64,000 nt of DNA from an uncultured virus (IMG/VR IMGVR_UViG_3300046692_000582) (IMGVR_UViG_3300046692_000582), one strand, 5' to 3'. Shown: positions 50,205 through 59,098, counted from the stretch's first letter. Notes: generated by a model from the letters alone, not told the origin. Numbers and translations: made by a program.

Positions 50205-50289
50205 GCGATATTCCTTCTGGAAAATTGTCGGCGTTAGGTCAGTCTGGGTGTGGGAAGGCGTTTCGCCCTCCCCCTCAATGCCCAGGCAG

Positions 50290-50718
50290 TTACGCGTCGT
50301 TCACATTGAAGTGTTCGGAGATGCTGTAGCCCTTGACGGTCTCCAGACGGCCATTGGAGAAGTGCACCGTCACGTTGCCGTACAGGCCTTCATCATCCTC
50401 TGAGTTGCGATTGCTGCGAATGTAGAAGTCAACAATGGCGCGACCGTCTTCAGTCAGGGGCACTCCGCTGAGGAAATTTGACCAGTCAAGGGTGTCGGCC
50501 AAATCAGTATCGCCCCAGGTGCCATCGTTCATCTTGGTGACGAGCGCGATGTTAATGCTTTCGCTGACACTGTCTTCATCAACATTGTGGCGTAGGCCAG
50601 GGCAGAGATCGACCTGAGTTGCTTTGAGCTTGGGCTGGGACTCTGCGGCGGCTGCGGCCTTGATCAGTGCGCATTCGGCTTTTGAGGGCATCCAAATTGA
50701 AGCATTACTCATCATCAA
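50290..50718 (-). CDS. hypothetical protein
   Basis: 142-aa ORF after structured leader. Confidence 0.65.
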   Translation of the reverse strand: MMMSNASIWMPSKAECALIKAAAAAESQPKLKATQVDLCPGLRHNVDEDSVSESINIALVTKMNDGTWGDTDLADTLDWSNFLSGVPLTEDGRAIVDFYIRSNRNSEDDEGLYGNVTVHFSNGRLETVKGYSISEHFNVNDA

Positions 50719-50838
50719 TACCCTTCACTGTAGAAAATAGATCCGGACACCACTTCGGTTTTCACCTCGGACCCCCTCGCGGGATCACCGATCACTCGGC
50801 TGGAAGGCGTTCTAATCTCATCCGGTTTGTCGCCTTGA
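50719..50838 (-). ncRNA. candidate structured leader with pseudoknot and three GNRA hairpins
   Basis: GCCGA-GTGA-TCGGT, CCC-GCGA-GGG, GGT-GAAA-ACC; AAGGCG/CGCCTT stem whose loop CCGGA matches downstream TCCGG. Confidence 0.6.
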
Positions 50839-50866
50839 GTACCTATGATACCACAATAATTACTGA

Positions 50867-50883
50867 TGTCAATGTCAGTGACA
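50867..50883. promoter_or_regulatory. TGTCA-N7-TGACA operator on -35 box
   Basis: TGTCA ATGTCAG TGACA; minus-strand TTGACA-16-TATCAT. Confidence 0.75.
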
Positions 50884-50901
50884 CAGCGTGTTTTGTCTGA
50901 T

Positions 50902-53304
50902 TTAAGCCTTACATTGCCAATTTTGCTCCGTGGTAGCTCCGGGTAGAATTGCGCGTGAACGTGCATTTTGATGCAGTTGCTCGGGCGAAATACCCTCATA
51001 AATGGTGGCAACTGTTTTAACGAGTGGGTGATTTCCCGGTTTCAATGCAAAATTCCAGTTGTCCTCGTTGGTGTAGACCGTGGATTCGCCATTGCGCCGC
51101 ACGCTCAATCGCTCAAGATCGCCGTCATGACTAAGTGAGCGGAGGATCTGAGAGGCAATAAAGCCCCAGCCAGTGTGCCAGCGTTCATTAAACATGCGCT
51201 GATCTGAACGCTCTACCGCATGGTAAGTAATGTAATAGTTTCCTGTGCGCATCTTCAGGGATTCATCAAATTCCATTACGTCATGCGGTTGGTTGAGGTC
51301 AATCAACCGGGTGATTGCACCTTGCTGTTTTGGCGGTTCGGCATCGTGCGTCAGTTTGCCGCTGTACGACCTTGTTCGAATGTACCGAACGATTGATCGC
51401 AACTCTTCTGGAATGCTTTGATCGCCTTTCAGGGTGTCAAATAGCATCTTTGAAGACAGGTCTAGTCTCAAGTGCTGAGAGCCCTTCAAAATGGTTTTTT
51501 TCGTGCTGAAATGCTCAATCAGTACGTGCCGAATCGCCATTGCCTCGATGGCTGCCTTCAGGTAGCGACTTGGGATGCTGTCTGTATCCACAAACCCATA
51601 ACTGAAAGACCTTACTTCGTTGTTATAGCGAACTTTCAGGTCGACCCTGGCGTCATTCTTGTTGTGATAGGCGTTGGAAAAAATGGACATTGCCTGATGA
51701 ACATTCCGGAATTCATCTTGCGGCTGAAAGTCTGACAGGTCATTCACCGTCGTAAACTCTGGCAGGTAAGCTCTGCGCCCTTCCAGTTGTGCCACTTCTT
51801 GCACATACTGTTTTGAGTCTTGAACGTCCGCAATCGCTCGTTGGTGCGCGCTCTGCACATGAATGGTAGCTTTTCCATCACGGACGAGTTTGCCATGAAA
51901 AACGATATGTTTAGATGTACTTTGGCCGTGCAAATACACGCTAGAAGCATCATTTCCGTAGGCTTGATAGAGGTTCCAGGTAAAAATCTCTTCATCCAAA
52001 ATATGATTAAGTCCCAGGTTTTCGTGTTTAACGACCAGGGAGGAGTCCATGTTTTGACATTTAACGGGCTCAACACATTGCGACAGCTTTATTGCCTCAT
52101 TGACGTCGCGCATGTGCTTTTTGTAGTTCAATACCTTTTGGGCGTCCAGCGGCGCATCAAGGGTAAAGGCATCCACTGCTTTCAGTGAATAGTTATCGCC
52201 CGGCTCCACCTTTATATACAGTTCTCGCCACTTCAATTGGCGGTGCAAAAACAGCTCCTTGTCCACTTTTACCAATTCAAAGGTATCCTGGGGACTCGCT
52301 ATGGCTCTGTTCTGTTTTTCAATGGTCCTATTGCCACCCAATGAAAAAGATACGCCCTTGTGCTCAAGAAACTCCATCATCAACTTCGGAATTGCGACAA
52401 ACTCAGACAGTTGCTCGATGCGGGTGTGTACGGGGATTTCAAAAGCCTGCTTCATCAATTTGACGGGCATTCTCGTGGGGATGCATTCTTTCCCGATGTT
52501 CAGATTGAAGGTCTGAATAAAGTCATGCCATTCATCCTGATCCAAATCAAAAGACCGACAATCGCCATTGTAGTCAACCAATACTTCTTTGCCATCAGTG
52601 TCAGTAAAGGCATGAATGGAGTAATTATCTTGCAGAAAAATCCGATTGATCATTCTCTCTTGTCCTTTGAAAAGGACAAATCTATTTCTGTTGCTGTCTT
52701 TATAAAAAAGCGTTTCCTTTTCCAGCGCTTTTGAAAATGCCTTAACGGTTTCCGGGCAATAGTACGTTCCCAGGGAGAACAGAAATTCCTCCACGCGAAC
52801 GCGCTCATCGGTATTGGTTTCTTTAAAGCAGTGGTGATAGCGCAGACCCTTTGGCATTAGCCAGCGGCCATGGGTTGTCTCAAGTGGCATGTGTGTACTT
52901 CGAATCGCGAGCCCGCCCCCGGTATGCTGGGAGCTGACAATGAAGTCATCTTGTTTTGACAGTGTGTGAATCTTATCCGAACTATAATCGACATGGTATT
53001 GAGGTAAAGATGTGGGGGTGATTGCAGCATCTTTGGGGAATTCGGATGCCAAGATCACGTCATCGAGGATCAGGGCGTCGTTTTGTGGTCTCAATAGAAT
53101 CGCAATAGCCGTATCCAGTTGCTCGCTTGATACGATATACAAGGCAAGATAGCGATCTCCGGATGAATATATCGCCATGACATTTCTCAGGGCGTTATTC
53201 AGGCGTTTCAGCAAGATCGGCTTGTCTAGAAAAATTCTATTCGCCTCCTGTGCATCACAGGTGACAGGAACCATGTGAGACTTGCTGACTCTGATGTTGA
53301 ACAC
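50902..53304 (-). CDS. large hypothetical protein (800 aa)
   Basis: long ORF, GAGG RBS, GTG start. Confidence 0.85.
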   Translation of the reverse strand: MFNIRVSKSHMVPVTCDAQEANRIFLDKPILLKRLNNALRNVMAIYSSGDRYLALYIVSSEQLDTAIAILLRPQNDALILDDVILASEFPKDAAITPTSLPQYHVDYSSDKIHTLSKQDDFIVSSQHTGGGLAIRSTHMPLETTHGRWLMPKGLRYHHCFKETNTDERVRVEEFLFSLGTYYCPETVKAFSKALEKETLFYKDSNRNRFVLFKGQERMINRIFLQDNYSIHAFTDTDGKEVLVDYNGDCRSFDLDQDEWHDFIQTFNLNIGKECIPTRMPVKLMKQAFEIPVHTRIEQLSEFVAIPKLMMEFLEHKGVSFSLGGNRTIEKQNRAIASPQDTFELVKVDKELFLHRQLKWRELYIKVEPGDNYSLKAVDAFTLDAPLDAQKVLNYKKHMRDVNEAIKLSQCVEPVKCQNMDSSLVVKHENLGLNHILDEEIFTWNLYQAYGNDASSVYLHGQSTSKHIVFHGKLVRDGKATIHVQSAHQRAIADVQDSKQYVQEVAQLEGRRAYLPEFTTVNDLSDFQPQDEFRNVHQAMSIFSNAYHNKNDARVDLKVRYNNEVRSFSYGFVDTDSIPSRYLKAAIEAMAIRHVLIEHFSTKKTILKGSQHLRLDLSSKMLFDTLKGDQSIPEELRSIVRYIRTRSYSGKLTHDAEPPKQQGAITRLIDLNQPHDVMEFDESLKMRTGNYYITYHAVERSDQRMFNERWHTGWGFIASQILRSLSHDGDLERLSVRRNGESTVYTNEDNWNFALKPGNHPLVKTVATIYEGISPEQLHQNARSRAILPGATTEQNWQCKA

Positions 53305-53425
53305 AAAAAACCTCTCAAAACAAATACTTAATGCTCAAATGAGCTAAAGCTGAAAATGTAATTAGGCCGATATTATCATGACAAGAATAAGCTGTGGCCT
53401 GGATTTGTGATCGGAATTGCAAAAT

Positions 53426-53612
53426 AAAAAAGAGACCAAAGGTCTCTTTGTTGTCAGCCGCTGCCTGACATAACGATAACGGATTTTACATCCCGGCCTC
53501 GTCGGGCGCTACGCGGTCCCCACGCCCAGTCGAACTGACTGCGGCGCTTCCAATTTTTAGGCCAATGGGATCAAGCGCAGGCCGACACGAAACAAGGATA
53601 GATTCTCATGAC
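53426..53612 (-). ncRNA. candidate stand-alone ~190-nt structured RNA
   Basis: promoter TTGAAT-17-TATTAT, multi-stem junction, terminator 53429-53449, no ORF. Confidence 0.6.
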
Positions 53613-53651
53613 AAATACATAATATACCTGAAACAAATGAGATTCAATGAA

Positions 53652-54041
53652 TCAGCATCTTTTTCGATTCAGCGTGTCATCCCACTGCTTTGATAATTGG
53701 CGAATGGAAGACGACAAACCAGCTTTCCCGGAAGATCCATGATTCGCTCCACGGCGCCCTGAAAGCTCTCCAGTGCTGTGGGCTCCTCTCCAGTCCCATC
53801 GTCCCGTAGTTCGATCTAGGCGCGTTCCCTTGAGCAGCTTTTGCGCCCTCTCAATGTCACGAAACTGGCAGCAGAGCCAATCTCCATTGACCAGAACATC
53901 CAGATCACCAGCCATCGCGACCAAAATGAAATGATTGCTATTCTCAGTGTCTTCTGCATCGAGCTTCGCTAGAATTTCGTATGCTTGATCTTTGAATTTA
54001 CCAATTTTTGCGCCTGACGCAGGCGTGTACTTGCTAGACAT
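53652..54041 (-). CDS. hypothetical protein
   Basis: AAGGA RBS before ATG 54041. Confidence 0.55.
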   Translation of the reverse strand: MSSKYTPASGAKIGKFKDQAYEILAKLDAEDTENSNHFILVAMAGDLDVLVNGDWLCCQFRDIERAQKLLKGTRLDRTTGRWDWRGAHSTGELSGRRGANHGSSGKAGLSSSIRQLSKQWDDTLNRKRC

Positions 54042-54186
54042 AATGATCCTTAATATTTCATGACCAATTATATCACTGAGCACGCAATTTTGTCAGCAGC
54101 ATCGGCCTTGGCCTTGGCATACAGATTCGGATTTTGATGGTTGATATCAGAAGGTGTAACGAGGGGATATTGCAGGAAATAAGTTG

Positions 54187-54262
54187 TGGCTCCGTGACCA
54201 GGACTCGAACCTGGGACCCAATGATTAACAGTCATTTGCTCTACCGACTGAGCTATCACGGA
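54187..54262 (-). tRNA. tRNA-Asn (GTT)
   Basis: 76-nt cloverleaf TCCGTGATAGCTCAGTCGGTAGAGC...GTT...GGTTCGAGTCC..GGAGCCA with encoded CCA. Confidence 0.98.
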
Positions 54263-54346
54263 ACTAATTTCTCAACTTTGACTATCTTATATTAACCTTA
54301 TTAAATATGCAAGAAGATTTTGTTTGATTAAGGTCACGATGTACTT

Positions 54347-54700
54347 AAAAAAGGGGCTTTCGCCCCTTGGTGTATTGCTAGCCGTTGCCTAGCGAGATCG
54401 ACTATGCCCCTTATGGACTGACCTCGATCAATGGTGCCGCACGGTCCCACACTTGCTTATACAGTTCTCGATATTTTAAGTCGAAAACTCAGCCACCGTG
54501 CCTTGGCGTTGCCAGTGCACGGTAGGGCAGGTCGCTGTTACCTCGTCGTAGACGAACTATCTCTAGTAGCGGGGTGCGACCCTAAGGCCCCTGTAACCAC
54601 CCTTGTCCTGCACAATGTTACAGCATTGCCTGAACAGCCATGTGCTTCATGTTTTTTGACCATCGGGAATATGAATGGTCTGGCTCCTTGTGAGAGCAGA
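54347..54700 (-). ncRNA. candidate stand-alone ~350-nt structured RNA
   Basis: extended -10 TGATATAAT, about 10 stems plus pseudoknot, terminator GGGGC-GAAA-GCCCC-T6. Confidence 0.65.
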
Positions 54701-55048
54701 GTTTGTATTATATCAGCCTTACAATGGACCCACAATAGCTTGAAGTTAAGTTAATGATTCCGGAGACTGCTGTTTCAGTGGCGTCCATGATTCAAAATCC
54801 ACATGCAATTCGCTGTGGACAAATTGACGCTTAAGACATGGGGTCAAAGGACTCAAGTGACATTGCCTTCAATGCCCTGCCCACTACACAAATTGGCCAT
54901 TTTACCGTTTGCTAGGATTTTTCTTCCCTGCGCAGGCGTCACGTCCATTGTCATCTAATTCCAGATAATATATAAACTATTAATTAAATTGTCAATCTAC
55001 AGGATTTCCTCCCTGCATGATTGAACCTCCATCGAGTTTGGAATTAAT

Positions 55049-55384
55049 ATGAGCAAATTAAAGATTATCAAGGCATTCCTGGCTGCGTCATTTATAGCTG
55101 CTGCATGTCATTCTCAAGCTGCGGGGGCCTTTGACTCTCCCGGCAGCCACATAGCAAATTGGGTTAACAATCGCGACTTCAGAACACTGAGCGTTAAAGA
55201 TGTCACCTGTGCACCAAATGGCCTGGGGTATTGGGTGTTTGGTGGTGAGGTTGGAGCTGATTTGGGCGATTATGCCCTTTCAGCCAGCGTCGCAGTTGGT
55301 GTCAATGGAAAGCCCATGACTTGTGATCAGGCAAGGGCCGCTTTGTCGGCTTTTCTTGACGCTGGCTCTAAAAAGGCAAATTAA
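55049..55384 (+). CDS. secreted hypothetical protein
   Basis: signal peptide, Cys pair. Confidence 0.65.
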   Translation: MSKLKIIKAFLAASFIAAACHSQAAGAFDSPGSHIANWVNNRDFRTLSVKDVTCAPNGLGYWVFGGEVGADLGDYALSASVAVGVNGKPMTCDQARAALSAFLDAGSKKAN

Positions 55385-55402
55385 GCGCCATACAAATGCC
55401 TT

Positions 55403-55419
55403 TGTCATTTGTATTGACA
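55403..55419. promoter_or_regulatory. TGTCA-N7-TGACA operator on -35 box
   Basis: TGTCA TTTGTAT TGACA; TTGACA-17-TATCAT. Confidence 0.75.
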
Positions 55420-55471
55420 TAAATTGATGATGCGGCTATCATTGCCTCATCAAATCACATTGGAGCCGTTC

Positions 55472-55975
55472 ATGGAATTTCGTATTGGCGATGCGCCTGA
55501 GCTGGGTAAATATGTCCTGTCGTGCTTCACTGACAAGCCCGAAGATCACCCCGAAGTCGAGCGCGAGCTGGTTCGTTTTTTCTGGAACAGTGCTGATTAC
55601 GGTATAGCCCTCCATATCGAGCAAGGTGGCGCACAGCGCATCATTCAGGGCGAAGGTAAAAACTTCGTTTATGACCGCCAAACCGGCTTGATCTTCTTTG
55701 ACGTCTCTTTCGGAAAACACCAACTCCTGATGGCGCACTTCGGTGCGCTTCATAAAACTGACTTTTCCAAGAGCACTGTTGACTGGTATCACGAGCAGTT
55801 CGTAGAGCCGTGGGATCCCCAGGCCAAGCTGGTTGCTGCGTTCCTCAATGACGGGCATGGCCTGTTCCAATCGAACGTAGGGGCAAAGGAAAGCATCTGG
55901 GTGTCTCCTGACATTGACTTCTCCCCCCTTGAGCGTCAGGCCTTCCGTCGCTTCAGCAAGCAAGACCCCAACTAA
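55472..55975 (+). CDS. hypothetical protein
   Basis: GGAG RBS. Confidence 0.7.
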   Translation: MEFRIGDAPELGKYVLSCFTDKPEDHPEVERELVRFFWNSADYGIALHIEQGGAQRIIQGEGKNFVYDRQTGLIFFDVSFGKHQLLMAHFGALHKTDFSKSTVDWYHEQFVEPWDPQAKLVAAFLNDGHGLFQSNVGAKESIWVSPDIDFSPLERQAFRRFSKQDPN

Positions 55976-56026
55976 CAGCCTGACAACTCGCGCTCCGGAT
56001 GGAGCGCGTGAGCGGAGAGCGGAATA

Positions 56027-56338
56027 ATGTCCCAGTGGCAAAACATGGAACGAAAGCGTCTTCTCATTGGAGATACCTTCCGCGCCGAAGATGATCCTGA
56101 CATACACTATCGTGTGACAGATGAATATCAGGCGGTACAACTCGCCATCACCCAAGGCGAGCATCAATCAGGTATCAGTGGACATTTGCATGGCCCACGG
56201 TATTTGCGAGTTCGGTGTCAGGGCGGCGCCTGGAATGCTTGGATGGATACCTCGTCGGGTGTGCTCTGCACCTGCCTCATGAGTAAAAAGCCCATTGGCC
56301 GGAAGTTTGAAGACAAAATCCAATTGCGCATTAAATAA
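56027..56338 (+). CDS. hypothetical protein
   Basis: 103-aa ORF. Confidence 0.5.
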   Translation: MSQWQNMERKRLLIGDTFRAEDDPDIHYRVTDEYQAVQLAITQGEHQSGISGHLHGPRYLRVRCQGGAWNAWMDTSSGVLCTCLMSKKPIGRKFEDKIQLRIK

Positions 56339-56343
56339 CCGGT

Positions 56344-56868
56344 TCAGTACCGAACGACTTTAAGTCCATGCTTTTTGTGCTGTAGGCGAATTTTGGACTG
56401 CTCTTGAGATTCGCCAGACAGTACTGACCTGACCAATGCGTCAGTGTAAGGCCCCTTTCTTTGTTCGCGTCTCTTCTGAGCATTATTGGCCATAAACTCG
56501 GTGGTGAGATCGGTCAGCCCCCACAGGATGGCTTGAGATTTTCGCATCGACTCCGTCAGCCAACCATCGGCAAAATCCTCCTCATCACACTCCAGGCCGA
56601 TAGCGCGCCCCACTGCTGCAACCCATTGGTCGTAGCGCTGATGTATCAATGGAACGCCAAACAGGATCTTTCCATCCGCGATAACCAACCAACGAATGTC
56701 TTGGTTCGACAGCTGACTCATGAAAACTTCAGTGATTTTACCGGCAGAGATGATTCTGGCCTCGCTGCTCAATGCCTTGGACAGCGATTCGCTCAGCAGG
56801 GTGAAATCTACGTGCTCATCTATCAGGAGATCTTGCTTCCACTGATGTCTGTTTTTTGGGAAAGTCAT
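56344..56868 (-). CDS. hypothetical protein
   Basis: GGAGG RBS before ATG 56868. Confidence 0.65.
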   Translation of the reverse strand: MTFPKNRHQWKQDLLIDEHVDFTLLSESLSKALSSEARIISAGKITEVFMSQLSNQDIRWLVIADGKILFGVPLIHQRYDQWVAAVGRAIGLECDEEDFADGWLTESMRKSQAILWGLTDLTTEFMANNAQKRREQRKGPYTDALVRSVLSGESQEQSKIRLQHKKHGLKVVRY

Positions 56869-56980
56869 CTTCGCCCTCCGATGATGAAATTGAACACGTT
56901 CAATTGCAAATTGAGGGCTAATGCTACCTGATCCAAGCGAAGGAATCACGGGTGGGAGTAGGTAGAGAAAGAGAGGACCC

Positions 56981-57109
56981 CCGCTGGATAAATCCTCGGA
57001 ACGAGGTTCAACGTAATAGGACTGCTTGGTAATCAACAAGCAGGGGAACTGCTTTGAGCCACATCACTACTCAACAACCAAGGCTTCGCCGTGGTTAGGG
57101 GTCCAGCGG
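56981..57109 (-). ncRNA. candidate multi-way-junction RNA element
   Basis: closing CCGCTGGA/TCCAGCGG with four internal hairpins. Confidence 0.45.
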
Positions 57110-57112
57110 CTC

Positions 57113-57463
57113 TTAGCGTAGACGTATTCCTTTCTTTTCCAGATCCTGGGCAATTCTCATGTCCAGTTGTCCATGAGGCTCCCGTTCGCCCATCGCTTTG
57201 CAGACACGATTGCGCCACACATAGGTTTCAAGGAGGCTAAAGACCTCCAGTCTGGCCAGCAGGTTGAGTTCCCCCATGGCCACGCCCTTCCAATAGTTGC
57301 GCATGGCATCATTGGGAGCGTCTTCGATGCAATCAAGGCGGTCGGATAGCAAGGCGACCTGCTCGGCCTTGAGAGCGTCAGGAAGGGTGACCAGCGCCGG
57401 TTGCCCAGAGGTAATGCCCCGAATAACCTCTTCAAAACTTCGCACCTCTATGTCTGTAGGCAT
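57113..57463 (-). CDS. hypothetical protein
   Basis: 116-aa ORF. Confidence 0.6.
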   Translation of the reverse strand: MPTDIEVRSFEEVIRGITSGQPALVTLPDALKAEQVALLSDRLDCIEDAPNDAMRNYWKGVAMGELNLLARLEVFSLLETYVWRNRVCKAMGEREPHGQLDMRIAQDLEKKGIRLR

Positions 57464-57493
57464 ATAGCATCCATTCGGGGATTGATTAAAGTG

Positions 57494-57802
57494 TTAGCAA
57501 CCGAAGCGGCGCTCGGCAGCCATTTCGGCATTGATTTCACGATCCAGTCGCTGCGCTCGCTGCTCAAGAACGTATTCGCGTTTCTCGGTGAACGTCATTG
57601 CGGCCACATTGGGCACTTGAACGCTACCACGGCCATTGCAGTCAGTGCAGATCACGTCGTATGCCCCGGTCTTGTAGCTTTGCTGATCTTCCAGGTCCAT
57701 GGCGTGCCATTCGGACGAGGTAAAGCCGCTGGAGAATGCTTCATGGACAACCTTGCCTTCACCGTGACAGCAAGAGCAGATGACCCATTTCATTTTTTTC
57801 AT
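57494..57802 (-). CDS. DnaJ-type CxxCxGxG zinc-finger protein
   Basis: CSCCHGEG and CTDCNGRG. Confidence 0.75.
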   Translation of the reverse strand: MKKMKWVICSCCHGEGKVVHEAFSSGFTSSEWHAMDLEDQQSYKTGAYDVICTDCNGRGSVQVPNVAAMTFTEKREYVLEQRAQRLDREINAEMAAERRFGC

Positions 57803-57934
57803 GGCGTTACCTATGTCGTTAGGTGATCAATGATGATTGAATGAACGCATCATAGGATTTTTGTACAAAAAAGTCAATAAATAGCACATTATTAATGGTG
57901 CTTTTAGAGCAGAAACGTAACGATAATCCGGGCT

Positions 57935-58189
57935 TTAGCGGCTCCAGGTTGCGCTGAGTTTCCTGCGCTGTGTTGCTGACATCGCCACCAGCTTTTCTGC
58001 CAACTCTATAGCTTGCGGGTTTCCGCTTTCGCGTGCATTTTCGAGCGCAGTGGTGGCATGGCACTGCTGGTAATTCTTGTCTTCAAGAATAACGTGAAAA
58101 AGGTCACCTGCCGCTCTTTCCGGCTCTGCGTACCACTGCTTTACCAAGGGAATCACCTCGGGCAAAGTCGGCTTGCTTTTCTGGGTCAC
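57935..58189 (-). CDS. phage-type hypothetical protein
   Basis: GDLFHVILEDKN..MSATQRRKL; GGGAG RBS. Confidence 0.65.
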   Translation of the reverse strand: MTQKSKPTLPEVIPLVKQWYAEPERAAGDLFHVILEDKNYQQCHATTALENARESGNPQAIELAEKLVAMSATQRRKLSATWSR

Positions 58190-58266
58190 TACTTCTCTCC
58201 CTGATTGCGGACAATTGAGAAGATTAGGCGCATGTATCTATGCTTTAAATGGCCATGTGTCGGGCG

Positions 58267-58647
58267 TCACACCGCTTTTTTGATGCCTACCTTACGCATA
58301 GTCTCATGAGTGAAGGATTCCAGCCACGTTGGTGAGACGTTTTTTGCACTCAACATCATCCATTCTTTTTCAGACATTTTGTGCATTGTTGGAAGCCAGA
58401 TACTTGCATCGTTGTCCGCACAATGCTCGTAATCAAAGCAGCCCTCCTCCCACTCCAGTGGGTAGGTGGCGACAGCGTTGGCAATGCCTTGCGCCAATTG
58501 CAAAAACCCAGCAGTCAGCCAGTCGTGCGGAAGGTCGTCTTGAACGGCCTTATTAAAGAGGCCTGGAGTGTTAGAGACGTGGTCATCCCACTCGCACATA
58601 TTGCGCATCAAGCAGGCAGTGAGCAGGTGTGTAGTCGGGTAAGTCAT
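58267..58647 (-). CDS. paralogue family E member 1
   Basis: LAQGI..AV..Y..FDYEHC..SIW.PT..WLE.FTHE. Confidence 0.8.
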   Translation of the reverse strand: MTYPTTHLLTACLMRNMCEWDDHVSNTPGLFNKAVQDDLPHDWLTAGFLQLAQGIANAVATYPLEWEEGCFDYEHCADNDASIWLPTMHKMSEKEWMMLSAKNVSPTWLESFTHETMRKVGIKKAV

Positions 58648-58708
58648 GGAGAGTCCACAGCAAATGGGTGTTAACGAGCGGCGCTGGGCCGCTCGTCACA
58701 ACATAGAA

Positions 58709-59098
58709 TCACGCGTCGACAGGTTCGTCCGACAGTTTCGGGATCTTGAGCCCGGCCATGACTTCATGGGTATAGGCTTCTAGCCATGCTGGCAGGACGT
58801 TGTCATCCGCGAGCTTTTCCCATTCTTCTGCGGTCATTTTGTTGACCGTTGGCCGCCAGATGCTTAGTTCGTCATCGTGGCAATGGGCGTATTCAAACAC
58901 CATGTCCTGCCAGTCCATTTTGTAGGTTTCTACTGCCTCGGAAATGCCTTGGGCCAGTAGCCAGAAACCGCCCATGCGCCAGTTTTCGGCGGCGTCGCCA
59001 AAATTAGCCTTGTCAAAGTCGGCAGGCGGTTTTTTGTAAAATGAGAGCAGGCCCTGCATAATAAAACCGGCGGTGATGTGACAGTATTCTTTGTACAT
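58709..59098 (-). CDS. paralogue family E member 2
   Basis: same motif set. Confidence 0.8.
   Translation of the reverse strand: MYKEYCHITAGFIMQGLLSFYKKPPADFDKANFGDAAENWRMGGFWLLAQGISEAVETYKMDWQDMVFEYAHCHDDELSIWRPTVNKMTAEEWEKLADDNVLPAWLEAYTHEVMAGLKIPKLSDEPVDA

Noticed and set aside
50740..50830. hammerhead ribozyme (CGGATGAG...GAAA)
   Set aside because: The core is not CTGANGA, and the GAAA is a tetraloop rather than a junction strand.
54187..54262. tRNA as integration site (attL/attR)
   Set aside because: No duplicated tRNA 3' end or integrase noticed in the window.
54347..54700. tmRNA (size and a GGGGCC.TTAGG segment are reminiscent)
   Set aside because: No T-arm/acceptor CCA end pairing with that segment and no tag reading frame ending in a typical ..AA.
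55439..56167. 242-aa minus-strand ORF and similar long antisense ORFs (e.g. 800-1360, 40575-41147, 60057-60665)
   Set aside because: Shadows of better-supported genes on the opposite strand; no RBS or promoter support.
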